Shown one piece after another: positions 13,151 through 25,700 of a stretch of 64,000 nucleotides of DNA. Positions within the stretch are counted from its first letter, which is position 1. Every line of letters begins with the position of its first letter. Under the pieces are notes generated by a model. The model made no database searches. It had not been told where the DNA came from and was given only the letters and a program-made list of their open reading frames with translations. This DNA comes from Epiperipatus broadwayi. Its lineage: Eukaryota; Animalia; Onychophora. The translations under genes and the position numbers were made by a program. The stretch spans positions 6,634,001 through 6,698,000 of the forward strand of contig JAQFVV010000009.1 in the NCBI GenBank assembly GCA_028023455.1. Reading direction: 5' to 3'.

Positions 13151-15629
13151 TCTATTAAAAGATCAAATCTAATAATTTATTTAAGTTTTGACAAAACATT
13201 ATTAAAAAACACATAGTCATATTTTTTTTAATATTAAATTTTTATTAAAAGTACTTTCATCCATGTTTACAATTCTGATTAGTCTTTTTCATTATATTTT
13301 TATTAGTAATAATAATCTGATGGAGATAATTATAATTGTTTATTTTCAATATCTTTTTTATTTTATTCTCTTTTTTTTGAAAAACCATTGAATTTTAGTC
13401 TTACATTTTTTATTTTCATAATGAAAATCTTGTTCTGAAGCTCTGAAAGTGCAAAAAAAAAAAAAAGCATGATCTACAAAATCTAAGTGACTTAATTAAT
13501 TTCTATTTATTTTTGTTCTAAAGAATTTTCGATTTTAATCAAAGTTTTGGAAATATGAAGTCATACATCACACATCCATACCATGCTATTTTTTTTATTA
13601 TAATCATGTGATCTAAAGACTACTATTACATTTTGATAAATATATTTCAGAATTTATCAATATCCTGTAGAATTGCTTTTAGAGTCAAATTATTTTTCAT
13701 ATTCTACAGATTCAAGACAAAATAACAAGCTTATTGGTCATTTTGATGATTTCTTTTAATATTGTGATGTAATCTATTGTTCATTCTTTTGACTGGTTAA
13801 AGTTCAGTGATCTCTGTAGGTAATTATTAATGATCTTAGTAAGCTCTTTTAAAGAATATCTGCAATTTAATAATGTCTTTTCCCCCATCTTATATATATA
13901 TATATTATTACTGCATTCTTCCAAATATCTGGTATATCTTTACTTCTTTACCAACTTTATTTAAGATATGAATGTAAATATAACTTTTTGATAGTTTGAA
14001 TATAGATGAAATTAATACAGAAATACCGAAAACCCCTAGCAAGATATATGTAAATTGTCAGCAAACATAAAATGTAGAATGAGCCCACTTACATTTTAGC
14101 TTTGATCATATATAAGTATAACATTTACTGACATATTTATATGCAGAGCATGATTTATATATTCTAACGTAATTTCAAGACAACTATAAGCTATTCTGAA
14201 ATCACTGTAATTAATCAGAGGGATAGGTTTAATTGCGTGTTTTGTCTCTTCATCTAAAATATTACAATTTCAAAGTTGTTTTAATTGTTAAACATTTTTT
14301 TTTTTTAATTTTTTAATACTATATAGTTTTTTTAGAATTCTTCCACATACTTCATGATATCGTTCGTCATTTTAGTGATAATGTCTTTTTTTTATTGCTC
14401 TTATCAATATCTTTTTTTTTTTGACTATTCAAAATTATTTTTTATTATGTTCATCATTAACTCTCTTTTTGCATCATTTTGTAGAAATTGAAATAGATTA
14501 TTTTAAGTATTTCATGTCTTTTTTATATATATTGCCTTACTTCATTTGAAAATTGATTGATGTCTTTTTTATCTATGTAAGGCTGTTTGTATAGCACTTC
14601 TTAATAGAATATCTTCATATTAAACCACTTAAAGTCTAAACCATTGTCGAAGTTTAAATGATTTCCAACTTCTAGATTTGAATTTACTGGGATATTTCTG
14701 AAGGTTAAAAATATGTTTTTGTCACTTTAGCTTTGCATACTAATTGCTGATCAATTTTTAAGTTGAATCTATTAATACATTGAAGTCCTTGAAATAAATA
14801 TTTTCTATTAGTCAAAATATAATCTGAATTTATTATATCTTTATTTAGATATGTCAATATTCATTTTTGCTTTAGATTTTTTATTTTTTATATATACATT
14901 TTTTTTTTAATTTCACAAATTTCATGTCCATTTCCTCTTTTATTTTTATATTCATATTACAGCACTTTTGCTTTCACTTTTTTTCCATTTCTAGAGTTGA
15001 AATCTTTCTTGATAATTTTAAAATATTGTTTGATTTCATCAAAAATATTGTGATAGAAAGTGAGAATTATTATTGTCCAAATAAATTATTTTTACCAAGC
15101 ACGAATTAGCATTATTGGCTTTACATTTGCTATATTCAGACTTATGGCTGTATCATAATTGGATTTAGTTGCTGAATATATAACTGCAATTACTGTAACA
15201 TAAAATACATAGTGATAATATTTCTTGTTTATAGATGATTATTTAATCAGCACCATCTTGGAATTTAATATTTGGATATATAGTATAGTTTTCAAAAATG
15301 AAAGTTTCATAGAATTATATTTATTAACGATTTCATTTATAATTCGATTAGATTTAAATTGTACTTCCATGATCACTCTTTATTTTTTTTAATAAGGATT
15401 TCACTATCTATTCCAGGCTTTTTGAAAGTATACTTAGTGATTGATGACAATTTGCTTTAATTTCAATTTTACTGAAAAAAATACCACAATCTTTCTTATC
15501 TTCTCTGGGCAAGTGGTTCCTGATTTTAATGGAGACAAATTAGTGATTAATTATTGATCATTTAAGTGATTTTGTTTTTTGTTTTTTAGTTCCACTTATT
15601 ATAGAATAGTTTTGGAAATGTTATTGAAT

Positions 15630-16590
15630 CACTGATCCTAAGGGCCAAAGCTCTTAGTTTCGTATCTGTTCCTTAAATTTGCTATTTATTGAAAATAAAA
15701 AAAAGCACATTTGTCATTTTTAGATAGTAGTCTATAATATGTAATAGTATATTTGTTTCACTCATTGATGTATCAATTCTTTTGAGGAAATATTTTTTAT
15801 AACTTATTTTAGGTCTTACGGTTAAAATTGTATGATTGGTTTGACTTCCATTTATACCTTTTCTATTAAACTTCCTTTTATTTACTTTTTTTGTTTATAC
15901 AAAATTGTAATGAATCAATCATCATCATTTTCATCTATATTTTTTTTACTTGTTTTTTACCTTTGTATTCTCATCAAATTCAGATTTTTCTGAGAATTTC
16001 TGTTGTTTTTTAATATTTTCTGGGATGTGATCAGAATTTTGTTTATAGTCGTTTTTAGACAGAGTTAACATTTTAGCATAAGTCATAACATTTTTATTTT
16101 TAGTATTAAGTATACCATCAATAACAACTTTTTTCCCTTTAGCAGAATCTATTTTAGATACATTATTAGAGGAATCATCTACAATTGTATTTTCATTACT
16201 GTTATCAGTTTCAGATTTTTTATCCAAACTGTTATCATTAAAATTTGATGTCTGAGGTTTTTTTTTTTTTTTGATAATCATTAGAGACTACTATTGATTT
16301 TGATAGGAGAGGTGTATTTTTTTTTCCTCCTGTGTCATAGCATCAGCTGGGAAGCAAACCCACTAACCCAGGACAACTGCTTGTAAAGCAGCTGTTGCTG
16401 ACCTCTCGACCACCAATGCTTGACAGGTGTATTTATTTCTTGTAAAAATGTTTTTCTCTAAAAAATCATTTTTGCTACTCTGATTTTTATCTTTTTGTTT
16501 AAAAATAGACATTAATATATCTTTTAAAAATTTATTTTCTTTGTGAAGATTAACCAATTTTTGATTAATAATATTCATTAGAGACATAAG
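15630..16590 (-). repeat. Inverted, diverged copy of the LINE ORF1 segment at ~17410-18250
   Basis: Colinear reverse-complement similarity, e.g. VMTYAKMLTLSKN versus VMTYAKILTLSKN; cactgatcctaag versus cttaggatcagtg. Confidence 0.85.
16339..16419 (-). pseudogene. tRNA-Gly(TCC)-derived retrocopy/short SINE, anticodon now TAC
   Basis: GCATTGGTGGT...GGTCAGCAACAGCTGCTTTACAAGCAGTTGTCCTGGGTT...CCCAGCTGATGC resembles metazoan tRNA-Gly-TCC; short tail plus poly(A); TSD AGGTGTATTT at 16310-16319 and 16425-16434. Confidence 0.75.
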
Positions 16591-16610
16591 CATATTTAAA
16601 ACTGAACTAT

Positions 16611-18720
16611 TATGAGTGAATGTTCTATTTGCAGCAAGCTAATTTTTGGAAAACTGTTAAGAATTATTTGTATAAAATGTGGAAATTCCATTTGACATGT
16701 ATTAATGCTCAATCATTGGATATAGAGAAATATGAAGATGAACGCTGATTTTCAATTTCCTTACTTAGAACACAAAATGGCTCATCAAAATAAAATGCAC
16801 TGTTTAAAAGTTAGATCTATTATTAAACAAAATGAATTACAACAATTGAAAACTTTATTTGAACAAAATGATATAACTAATAGTATTGAAATAATTCCAT
16901 GTGCTAATTGAAGCAATGTCAAATAGAATTTCAATATTAAAATTTTGAAAACTTCCTCTACTGAATCTAAATACTGTATTACCTATTAGCAATAATGATT
17001 TGTTTTTCTACTATCACTAATGAACAACTGTTGGTTTTTATACTGGAAAATGTAGTAAAATTTTTCATGCAAATTGTTTAAAACTGCTTAAAATTACTAT
17101 CACATAATGGAAATTTTTCATATTTATTCTCCAGATTGCAATGGAATTAAGTTATCTAATTTAACAGAAATAGATCATTCCAAATCTAACAAAGTTATTT
17201 GTGATGAAAATAATTTTATAGCTATTAATATTAATGATAATGAAAATATTTTTAAATATTTTAATAATGTAATTAATTTAATTCGATAACTAATTCTTCA
17301 TCCTCAAATGAACATGTAGTGAAGGGTAGATTAAATATAAAAATTGTTGTAAATAGACCTTTCTGTTTAAACATGCTTATGGCCCAAACCTGGGTTGGAT
17401 TGGATTTCAGATCTTGGTTAATTTCCGCAAAGAAAACAAGTTTTTAAAAAATATGTTAATGTTTATTTTTAACAAAAAGATGAAAATCAGAGTAGCAAAA
17501 AGGGCTTTTTAGAGATAAAGATTTTTACAAAAAATAATTGCAATTTTCCTATCAGCTCAATGGTGGCATCTAATGATTATCAAAATAAAGAAAAAAATTC
17601 TCAGATATCAAATTTTAATAATGACAGTTTAGATTTTAAAAAAATCTGAAAATGATATCATTAATGAAAATACAACTCTAATAATGTGTCTAAAATAGAT
17701 GCTACTAAAGGGAAAAAAGTTTATTGATAAGGCTTCAACTAGTATTAAAAATAAAGATAAGAATAAAGATGTCATGACTTATGCTAAAATTTTAACACTG
17801 TCTAAAAATGGCCATAAATATGAGACGATAGATAGAATTATAATCGCATTCCAAAAAATATTAAAAACAACAGAAATTCTCCGAAAAATCTAAATTTGAA
17901 GAGATACAAAGATGAAAACAACAACAAAAAAAAATAGATGAAAGTGATGATATATTCGTTATTGTTTTATACAATAAAAAAAAAAGATAAATAAAAAGAA
18001 CTTTAATAAAAAAGGTATAAATGGAAATCACACCAATCATATAATTTTAATAGTGAGACCTAAAATACTTTTTAAAAAATTATTTCCTCACAAGAATTGA
18101 TACATCAATGAGTTGAAACAAATATCTAATTGATAGTTTAAATATTATTATTGTATGTAATAGATTACCATCTAAAAATGAAAAAAAAGCTTTTTATATT
18201 TCAATAGGAGCACATAACAAAACCAGATCTTTGGCCACTTAGGATCAGTGTTGCTATTTTTTATTGTTGTTTACATAATAGTTCTATCAGAAATACGGAA
18301 GAAAATACTATGGATAAAAATATCAATACGGACACATGTAAATTGAATTATAACAATATTTTTATTGAAATAGAAAATGGAAAATTTAATCAAGCACATT
18401 CTCATGATGAAAAAGGCTAATGAAATAACTGAGCTTTGCGCACAAAGTTATTTAATGCAAAGCATAATATTCTAACTGAAGATCATGATGTTATTTGTCT
18501 TAAACATGGTTACAAGGATGCATTAAAAGTGAGCAATTACTATATCACATATATGATTAGATGTGATAGATCTGATATATTTGCATCAAGAGAAGGTAGT
18601 GTACTAAGAGCTTTCAAAAATAATATTGCACAGAAAGTGATAAATATTAAAAATATAACTTTTGAATCAATATGGATTGAATTAGAGCAATTGGAAATAA
18701 CACCAAATATATTAATGACT
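16611..18720 (+). mobile_element. CR1/Jockey-group LINE 5' part: ORF1 with PHD-like fingers and start of the ORF2 AP endonuclease
   Basis: CSICSK...CIKC..FHLTC; GKCSKIFHANCL...PDC; LRTKL...NILTEDHDVICL...RCDR...REGSVL...ESIWIEL; many stops. Confidence 0.7.
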
Positions 18721-21700
18721 TTAGGTCAACATGGGCATAACAATAATATTAGCATCTACAGGGGATTTGGGCATTCCATTATCAGATTTTCAATGGTATG
18801 GATGGTTGAAGAGTTGGAGGATGGAGTAGATTGAAGCCTGTCTATTAAAGTTTGAAGATTTGCTATCTTAATATAAACAGAGCACTATTTATTTATATGT
18901 GGGGGAGATGATGATCTGGACCAATTGATAAGTGCTTGTTCAGCATGAAATACATATATTGATCATTTATCTTTTTCACATGTGTGTGACTATGTGCATC
19001 AGTTGTATGAGATGGAGAGATAGCTGAAGGAAGCTTGAAAGTCTGTGTTCAAATCCCTTATATAATTAAATATCCATTATGTAAATATTGTTTATTATCT
19101 GATTATTGTAAATATTTTTGGCTTTGCAAACTATTGTAAAAAGGTATTTCATGACTCTTTCATTTAATATTAATTGAAGATTTATCTAAAAAAGATGTGA
19201 TTATAAATATTGTTTAAATATCATTTTTTTCATCTTATATTGAAATATATTATTGGAATATAAAGGTTTTTTATTTTTATTTTTCAGAGATCCACCTCCA
19301 ATGGCTTCCCACCATTCCACAAGTAAATATATATATATATTTTTAAGCACAAAAGATTATGTATATATATAGAGAGAGAAAGAGAATAGTTTGTTGTGTA
19401 TAAATTTAAATAAAATTTAGTTTAACCATTAAGTTTACATACTATATTGTTATACATTAATTCATTCTTGGAAAATTTTAAATGGTAAAACTGAATTTAT
19501 TGTAATGTTGTACTAAAAATAGCATGAAATATTATATACTAATTTTTTATTTATTGAGGGTATGGATTTTTATAGCTAACTATTTTCCAATCAGGAGATA
19601 AGTTATCTAACACTTTTATTAAATTCTTTAATTGTGCTATTATATGCATGGATTGGACAGTCAGTAATAGTTTATGGTTTGTATTTAATTTTAATCACAC
19701 AAGTCAGAGACTGTTAAATTTCATTTTTGAAGCAGAAAGCACAGTGATTAGTAATGATTCTGAATCTATTGATAAGATCCCACTAATGTCTAGGAAGATC
19801 AAAATCCATTTCACTTTATATTTGGCTGAAAAATAAATAATAGTTTTTTAATATTTTCTGTGAAATAAGTTATAACTAATGGAAATATATTTGAAAGAAT
19901 GGGAAGATACTACATGAAAATGGACTTGAATGTGTCTCTAATATTTCTTATTGGAATAGAGCATTCAAAAGTTTAGTGTGAATTCTGGATTCTTTCATCC
20001 ATTAGTAGAATATACTATTGTTAAGAAAGCTGAACATAAAACATTTACAACCATATAATTATTCAAAAGAGTTTCTTCTTCAATGTTATTTTATATCTAA
20101 CCTTTGATAATAGGTAAGGAAAATAAGTTCATCTATTTTTCAAGGTCACTTGTAAATAACACAAATAGAATTGTGCTTCAGTCTTTTATTACAGAAAATT
20201 GTATTTAGCAGATGAGATGCTTCTCTGATATTAGATAGAAAATTGAAAATACTTTCTTTATAGGATTTATGCATATAATCCAGTCTTTTCAAACTTTTTA
20301 TTTCTTTATTAAGAGATTTTTCTGTTTCTGGAAAGGGTTTCTTTTGCAAAGTTAAAGCAATATCAACAGTATAAATAAATTGCTTGCATTCTGTTTCTGC
20401 AAAATCACTGATGTACATATTAAATAAAATAGATAAAAGAATTGAACTTTTTAGGAGACCATTTTATAAAACTTGAATCTATTGTTCAGCTTGATTTGAA
20501 TTTTTCTATTAGATAACATTTTGTCAAATAAACTATTTTCTAGCATTTAAGGATTTTAAAGACTTTTATAAGAAGACCGTTTTTCCAAACTGAGTCATAA
20601 GCCAAGATTAGATCAATAAAGTTATATCATCAGTTTTGAGCTTATTTTGAAAGCTCATTTCAGTATGGTTATTGAAGATAAAATTTGTTTGCAGCAGTCT
20701 TTTTCTAACCAAAATTTAGCCTGCTCATGGTTTTCAATTATCAACACAATACAGTAAATTTTGTTTATACAGATTATAGGTTACATATATATAATAATAG
20801 TGGGAAATATTTTTTTTAAATTATTATTAAAATTATTTAGTTTTAAAACTGCTATACTTTTGTTTTCATGTCAAATTTTTGGAATAATTTCTTTATAAAT
20901 AATGTTGGGGAATAGTTTTGTCAATTATACTTTGATTTAAGTCTTAAGTTTTTTTTTAAAAATCTGGAAATATATTATCTTCAGGTGATTTTCCTGGTTT
21001 AAGACAAATTAGGGTGAATTCATGCTTACTAATATCTATTGGTTTCATTATGATGAAATTAAAGGAACATTGTGATAAAGAAACTTGTTCTGTTTTATTG
21101 ATGCTATTTCTAATCTGTTCAATTTTAGATTTAGAAGTCTGATATGTAATGTCAGCAATCTTATTTGCGATGATAATAGTTTTTTAAGGGTAGTTTTTAC
21201 ACCTGCTAAGTCTATTTAAAAATGACCAGATTTTTCAACTGGATTTAATAAAAAAAAAAAAGTCTTATGATTTCTTTCCAGCTTTCTTTTTTAGAAATTA
21301 CTGACAAACTTAGAAAATCAAGAGATTTTAAACAGCTCTACTGATTTTGCCTTTATCTGGAAAAAATTGCTTTTGATATTGGTGAAGATAACTATAGTTA
21401 TAAGTATGTTAAATTTACCATAGCAAGAAGAATGAGTAATATCTTATTAATAGTTTTTTCAAGATATTCAATTTTTTGATTTGAATAACTTTTTTTTAAA
21501 TTCCATTTTGGGATTGGTTGGCTTTCAATTATACAAATGTTAATTCCAAGAGCAATCAGATTTGTTTCATACGGCTATAACAGAAATGATACAATATTAG
21601 TAGATTAGATAGCAATAATAAAATATTTTTTGTTGAAAAACATAAATCAGAAGTTTAATGAATAATATTTCTGTAGCGTTATTTTCACTATACCACTGTC

Positions 21701-21799
21701 ATGCAAGTTAGGGACTGGTTTCTATCCGCTTTTAACACCATATGAAGGGATGTAATCATAAACATATGACTAAAAACATGTGAAAAAGATGTACAATTC

Positions 21800-21841
21800 C
21801 CAAGATGCATATTTCATGCTGAACCAGCACTCATCAGTTGG
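21800..21841 (-). ncRNA. Family B type I hammerhead, intact core
   Basis: CCAA CUGAUGA GUGC ugguuca GCAU GAAA UAUGCA UC UUGG. Confidence 0.88.
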
Positions 21842-22083
21842 CCCAGGTCACATTCTTTTACACATATCTTTGTCATTGTTTACTATATATAGATGGGGAA
21901 ATACTACAGTTTAATTGATAGGCATCAAACTTACTGCCCTCATAACTTTAATACAAAGCACTTAGATGGAAATATTAATTTTTATTAATCATTCATTAGA
22001 CCAGAGATTATTCATTTAACGAATAATATTTTTGTAGTATCGTGATCAATGATAAAGATATATGTAAGAAAATGTGATCTGGG

Positions 22084-22125
22084 CCAACTGATGAGTGCCT
22101 GTTTAGCATAAAATGTGCATCTTGG
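22084..22125 (+). ncRNA. Family B type I hammerhead (G12A)
   Basis: CCAA CUGAUGA GUGC cuguuua GCAU AAAA UGUGCA UC UUGG; self-complementary AUGUGCAU stem III. Confidence 0.78.
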
Positions 22126-22698
22126 GGATCATACATCTTTTTCACTTGTCTTTGGTCATATGTTTATAATTACATCCTTCCACAAGGTGTTAAAAGCAGA
22201 TAAAAACCAGTCCCTACCCTGCATGAGAGTGGTGTAGTGAAAATATCACTACAGAAATATTATTCGTTAAATGGATGAATGATTAATAAAAAATTAATAA
22301 TGAATCAGAAGTTGTTTTTATAGCTTTCTGAAAAACTGGAATACTCTTTCTTGCTTGACGTGTTGTTTAAAACTATTCATTCTAAAATCCCTGAACCTGT
22401 TTTATTCTATCATATATCCCTAAGACTTATTTTGAAAATGATCTGAAAGAGGGCTAATCTATTTTTGAATATTTGTAAATATTGCATTTGTTTATCCAAA
22501 TGGTTTACTGGTATATTATAAACATATTTGTTGGGAATTGTTTCTTGGGGGGGGGGGGGGTGCTAAATAGCCATACCATATCTAGAGGAGTGATGAATTT
22601 CTTAAAATTCAAATATATTAAAGTTGTGTCATATGATTTATTTGAAGAGGATCTCCATTTTTCATTGCAATATATCATTTTTTTATAGTTGAATTAAT

Positions 22699-23118
22699 AT
22701 ATGAAATACAGGCATTCTTCATATATCTGAATATATATATAATAATATATTCTTCCGATATATTAGATGTGATATGTTGGACTATTTCCATCATCTATTA
22801 GTGAATGTTGAATGTATTGAAAATTTTAAACTTTATTTAAACTTTTCAAATACAAACAACTTGTTAGTAATAACACATAATTAGACAACACAGGTTAGTA
22901 ATTACTTTAAGGTGTAATTACTAACCTGTGTTGTCTAATTGTATGTTATTACTAGTAAGTTGTTTGTATTTGAAAAGTTTAAAGAAATTTAAAATTTTCT
23001 GTACATTCAACATTCACTCACAGATGATGGAAATAGTCCAACATATCACATCTAATAATATACTATCATCACAAACTCTCAGGCAAATTCTTCATATATA
23101 TTATTCAATTCCCCTATA
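22699..23118. repeat. Fold-back element D (~145-bp arms, 8-nt loop)
   Basis: Arms 22761-22905 and 22914-23057; 17-bp direct repeat TTTATAGTTGAATTAAT at 22682-22698 and 23119-23135. Confidence 0.8.
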
Positions 23119-24199
23119 TTTATAGTTGAATTAATTAATTATGTTTCCTAGTTGAAGAGATCATTCTTAGAGATATCCCTAATACTTGAGGTGTTTATAG
23201 TTTTCATTTCAAGAGTTTTGGATTCTCACCTTTGTAGTCTTGCATTGTTAGCTTCATAATAGTGTTACAATTCAAGTTATCACCTTTGTTGTGTGATTTC
23301 ATAATTTTCTCTCTTTTATTATAAGATGAAGTCTGTTTTCATTTCACCTGCTCATATTTATTATTAGTAAAAGACTATCATTTACCCACACCATAATACT
23401 ATTAATATATGTGTAAGACTAGTTATTATTGAGTGGTTTGTAAAATTATATTTTATTTATTTAACATTATTTATATGAAGTTTTTTTTTCATTAGCTTTT
23501 AATTGTCTATTTAATAAACGAAAGCTGATAAAATTATTATTTTAAGTAAAGCAATAGACTTTTAAATGTAATTTGTCAAAAGCTTAAATAAATGAATATG
23601 TTTATATATATATATTAATAATCATTTGCTTATAAGAGTTATTATAGGTAGTTAACATTCGACATCAGTTATTAATATAGTTTTTATTATTATTTTATTA
23701 TTGTTGCTGCTGCTGTTGCATTAATGTAGTACACATTAATTATTCTATTTAGGAACTTCAATTATGTAAAATTGTGAGCATAATCAAAACACCTTTAGTT
23801 TTGACTGAAGTATTTTATTTTCTCAGATTTTATATTTACTTAGTAATAAAAAATATTATCTGTCATATTTAAATGTATTGTTCATTATGTTATAATATTC
23901 CATTTATAATCACTCACAGATAACCTTACAGACATGTGAAAGTGAACCAATATAGGATGCCTAATTTTTTTATTCCAACAGTCACAAATAAAAATTAAAT
24001 TATCTTATTCTGAAAATATCTCATAAATGCTAATACTATCTTCTATTTAATCTTATCTATATTCTATTAAAGTATACATAATTGTTTTTTATTTTTTTCA
24101 AACTTTTTATTTTTTAAAATTTATTTTTTCAACTTATACTTTTCATTTTTTTTCCAAATTCAAATCTTTAAATCTTAAATAAAATTACATTACATTAAA

Positions 24200-25700
24200 A
24201 AAAAATTAAAATAAGGAGCTTCTTTTTTCAATCTAATTTCAATGGACAACAAAATGTCTACCTCTTATTAAAAATCTCATTAGCAATTAACATTCTAACT
24301 CTTAATTTGTTCATCACAATATCCATTATTTGCAATCCAATTTATCATATATTTAAAAACACTGACATCTTTTTTAATTATCTGTTTCATGCTTATTCCA
24401 AATCTTCAGCTTATCTGTTTTTATTAATATAGTTTTGTTTAATTCCTTTTCACCCAAAACTTCTACAAGATCTATCAGCAGTCCTAATATTACTATAACT
24501 TTAATAAATATTATACAATGAATTCTTTGATTCCCACTATTTAACTCCATTGTTATGAACACAATTTAATAATTTATCTAAATATGCTTTAAACGGAATA
24601 AGAGATAGACAAAATCTTTATTTTATATTCTTTCTAATATTTACTTTTTCTTTTAAAAACCATATTTTACAAATATCTTTATATTTATATAGAAATTTCT
24701 TAATAAATATCTCTCATGCCTAATTCACATATTTTTTAAATTTTTTCAACAAAGAAATCTATTCATCTTGTCAAATGTCTTTTCAAGATTAATGAAACAT
24801 ATATTCTCTATATTTATTTTTAGCAATATTTTTTATCATTTCATTTCTTATCTCTCTTTACATTTTTTAAATACAAATTGCTTTTCTGATAGAAATATGT
24901 TTAATCTATCGAAAATATATCTGTCAAAATATTAGTATTTTGTTTCATTGGAATTTATTTCTATTGGAATCATAACTATTAAGAGGAAATGTGATTGCCA
25001 CTCATCTATTTCTCTTAAACAATTTTTTTTCTCTTAGTCATTAATAATTCAATTAGGATCTCATCAATTTTTTGTGCTTTGTTATTTTTCTCTATAACTT
25101 GTTTTCATTATTGTATATTTCATTTTTATCTATTTAAACTTATTTTTAAGTTAACATAAGTCTTCTTATGTTTAAAATGCAAATCATTTAATCTTTCTTA
25201 TAATTATTCAATGCATCTACTTTCTTTATTAATAATTTGTCATTTCTATCTTCAAATATAAATTTGTTTCTGTGATCTCATTTCTTCCATCTTTACTGTT
25301 ATTCTACTTTATACTAGATCAAACTTAATTTTGTTTTTCCTCTGTATTTGCTTTCAACAGTTATTTCTTACTATTACATCTTTCATTTTAAGCTTTTTAT
25401 ATAGTTTTCAATTTTCTATAATATTCATATTTTTGCCATTTTTTTAAAACATTTTATTGCACTTTTTTATCTTTCTTAAGTCTTTGCTATGTCATCTTCT
25501 AATTTTTTTTGAATAAGTTCTATCACTGATTAAAGTAAATCAAATTTATTTTACTAGTTATCCTATTACTGTTTATTTTTATTCTTATACAACAAATATG
25601 ATAATTTTTTTCTAATATTGTCTTTCAAATTATCATAGGCTTTTTTTATATCTCAGTTAAATTCTTATTCTTTTAAAAGATCTTATTTCTATCATTACTT
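24200..25700 (-). mobile_element. Highly decayed AT-rich LINE RT remnant
   Basis: Fragmentary RT-like readings on the minus strand; no long ORF. Confidence 0.35.

Larger units (their letters stand above)
21656..22302. mobile_element. Retrozyme-like family B: inverted ~361-bp monomer plus direct partial copy
   Basis: ttaa(t/c)gaataatattt recurs at 21655 and 22016; plus copy ~22042-22302; 11-bp TSD AATCAGAAGTT at 21645-21655 and 22303-22313; HHR in both copies. Confidence 0.9.
19950..22420 (-). mobile_element. Ingi/Vingi-like (I-group) LINE remnant, interrupted by element B
   Basis: LFNMYISDFAETECKQFIYTVDIAL (RT core), FQNKLKT, PIPKWNLKK; the endonuclease-like sequence resumes across the insertion at 21656-22302. 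Confidence 0.7.
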
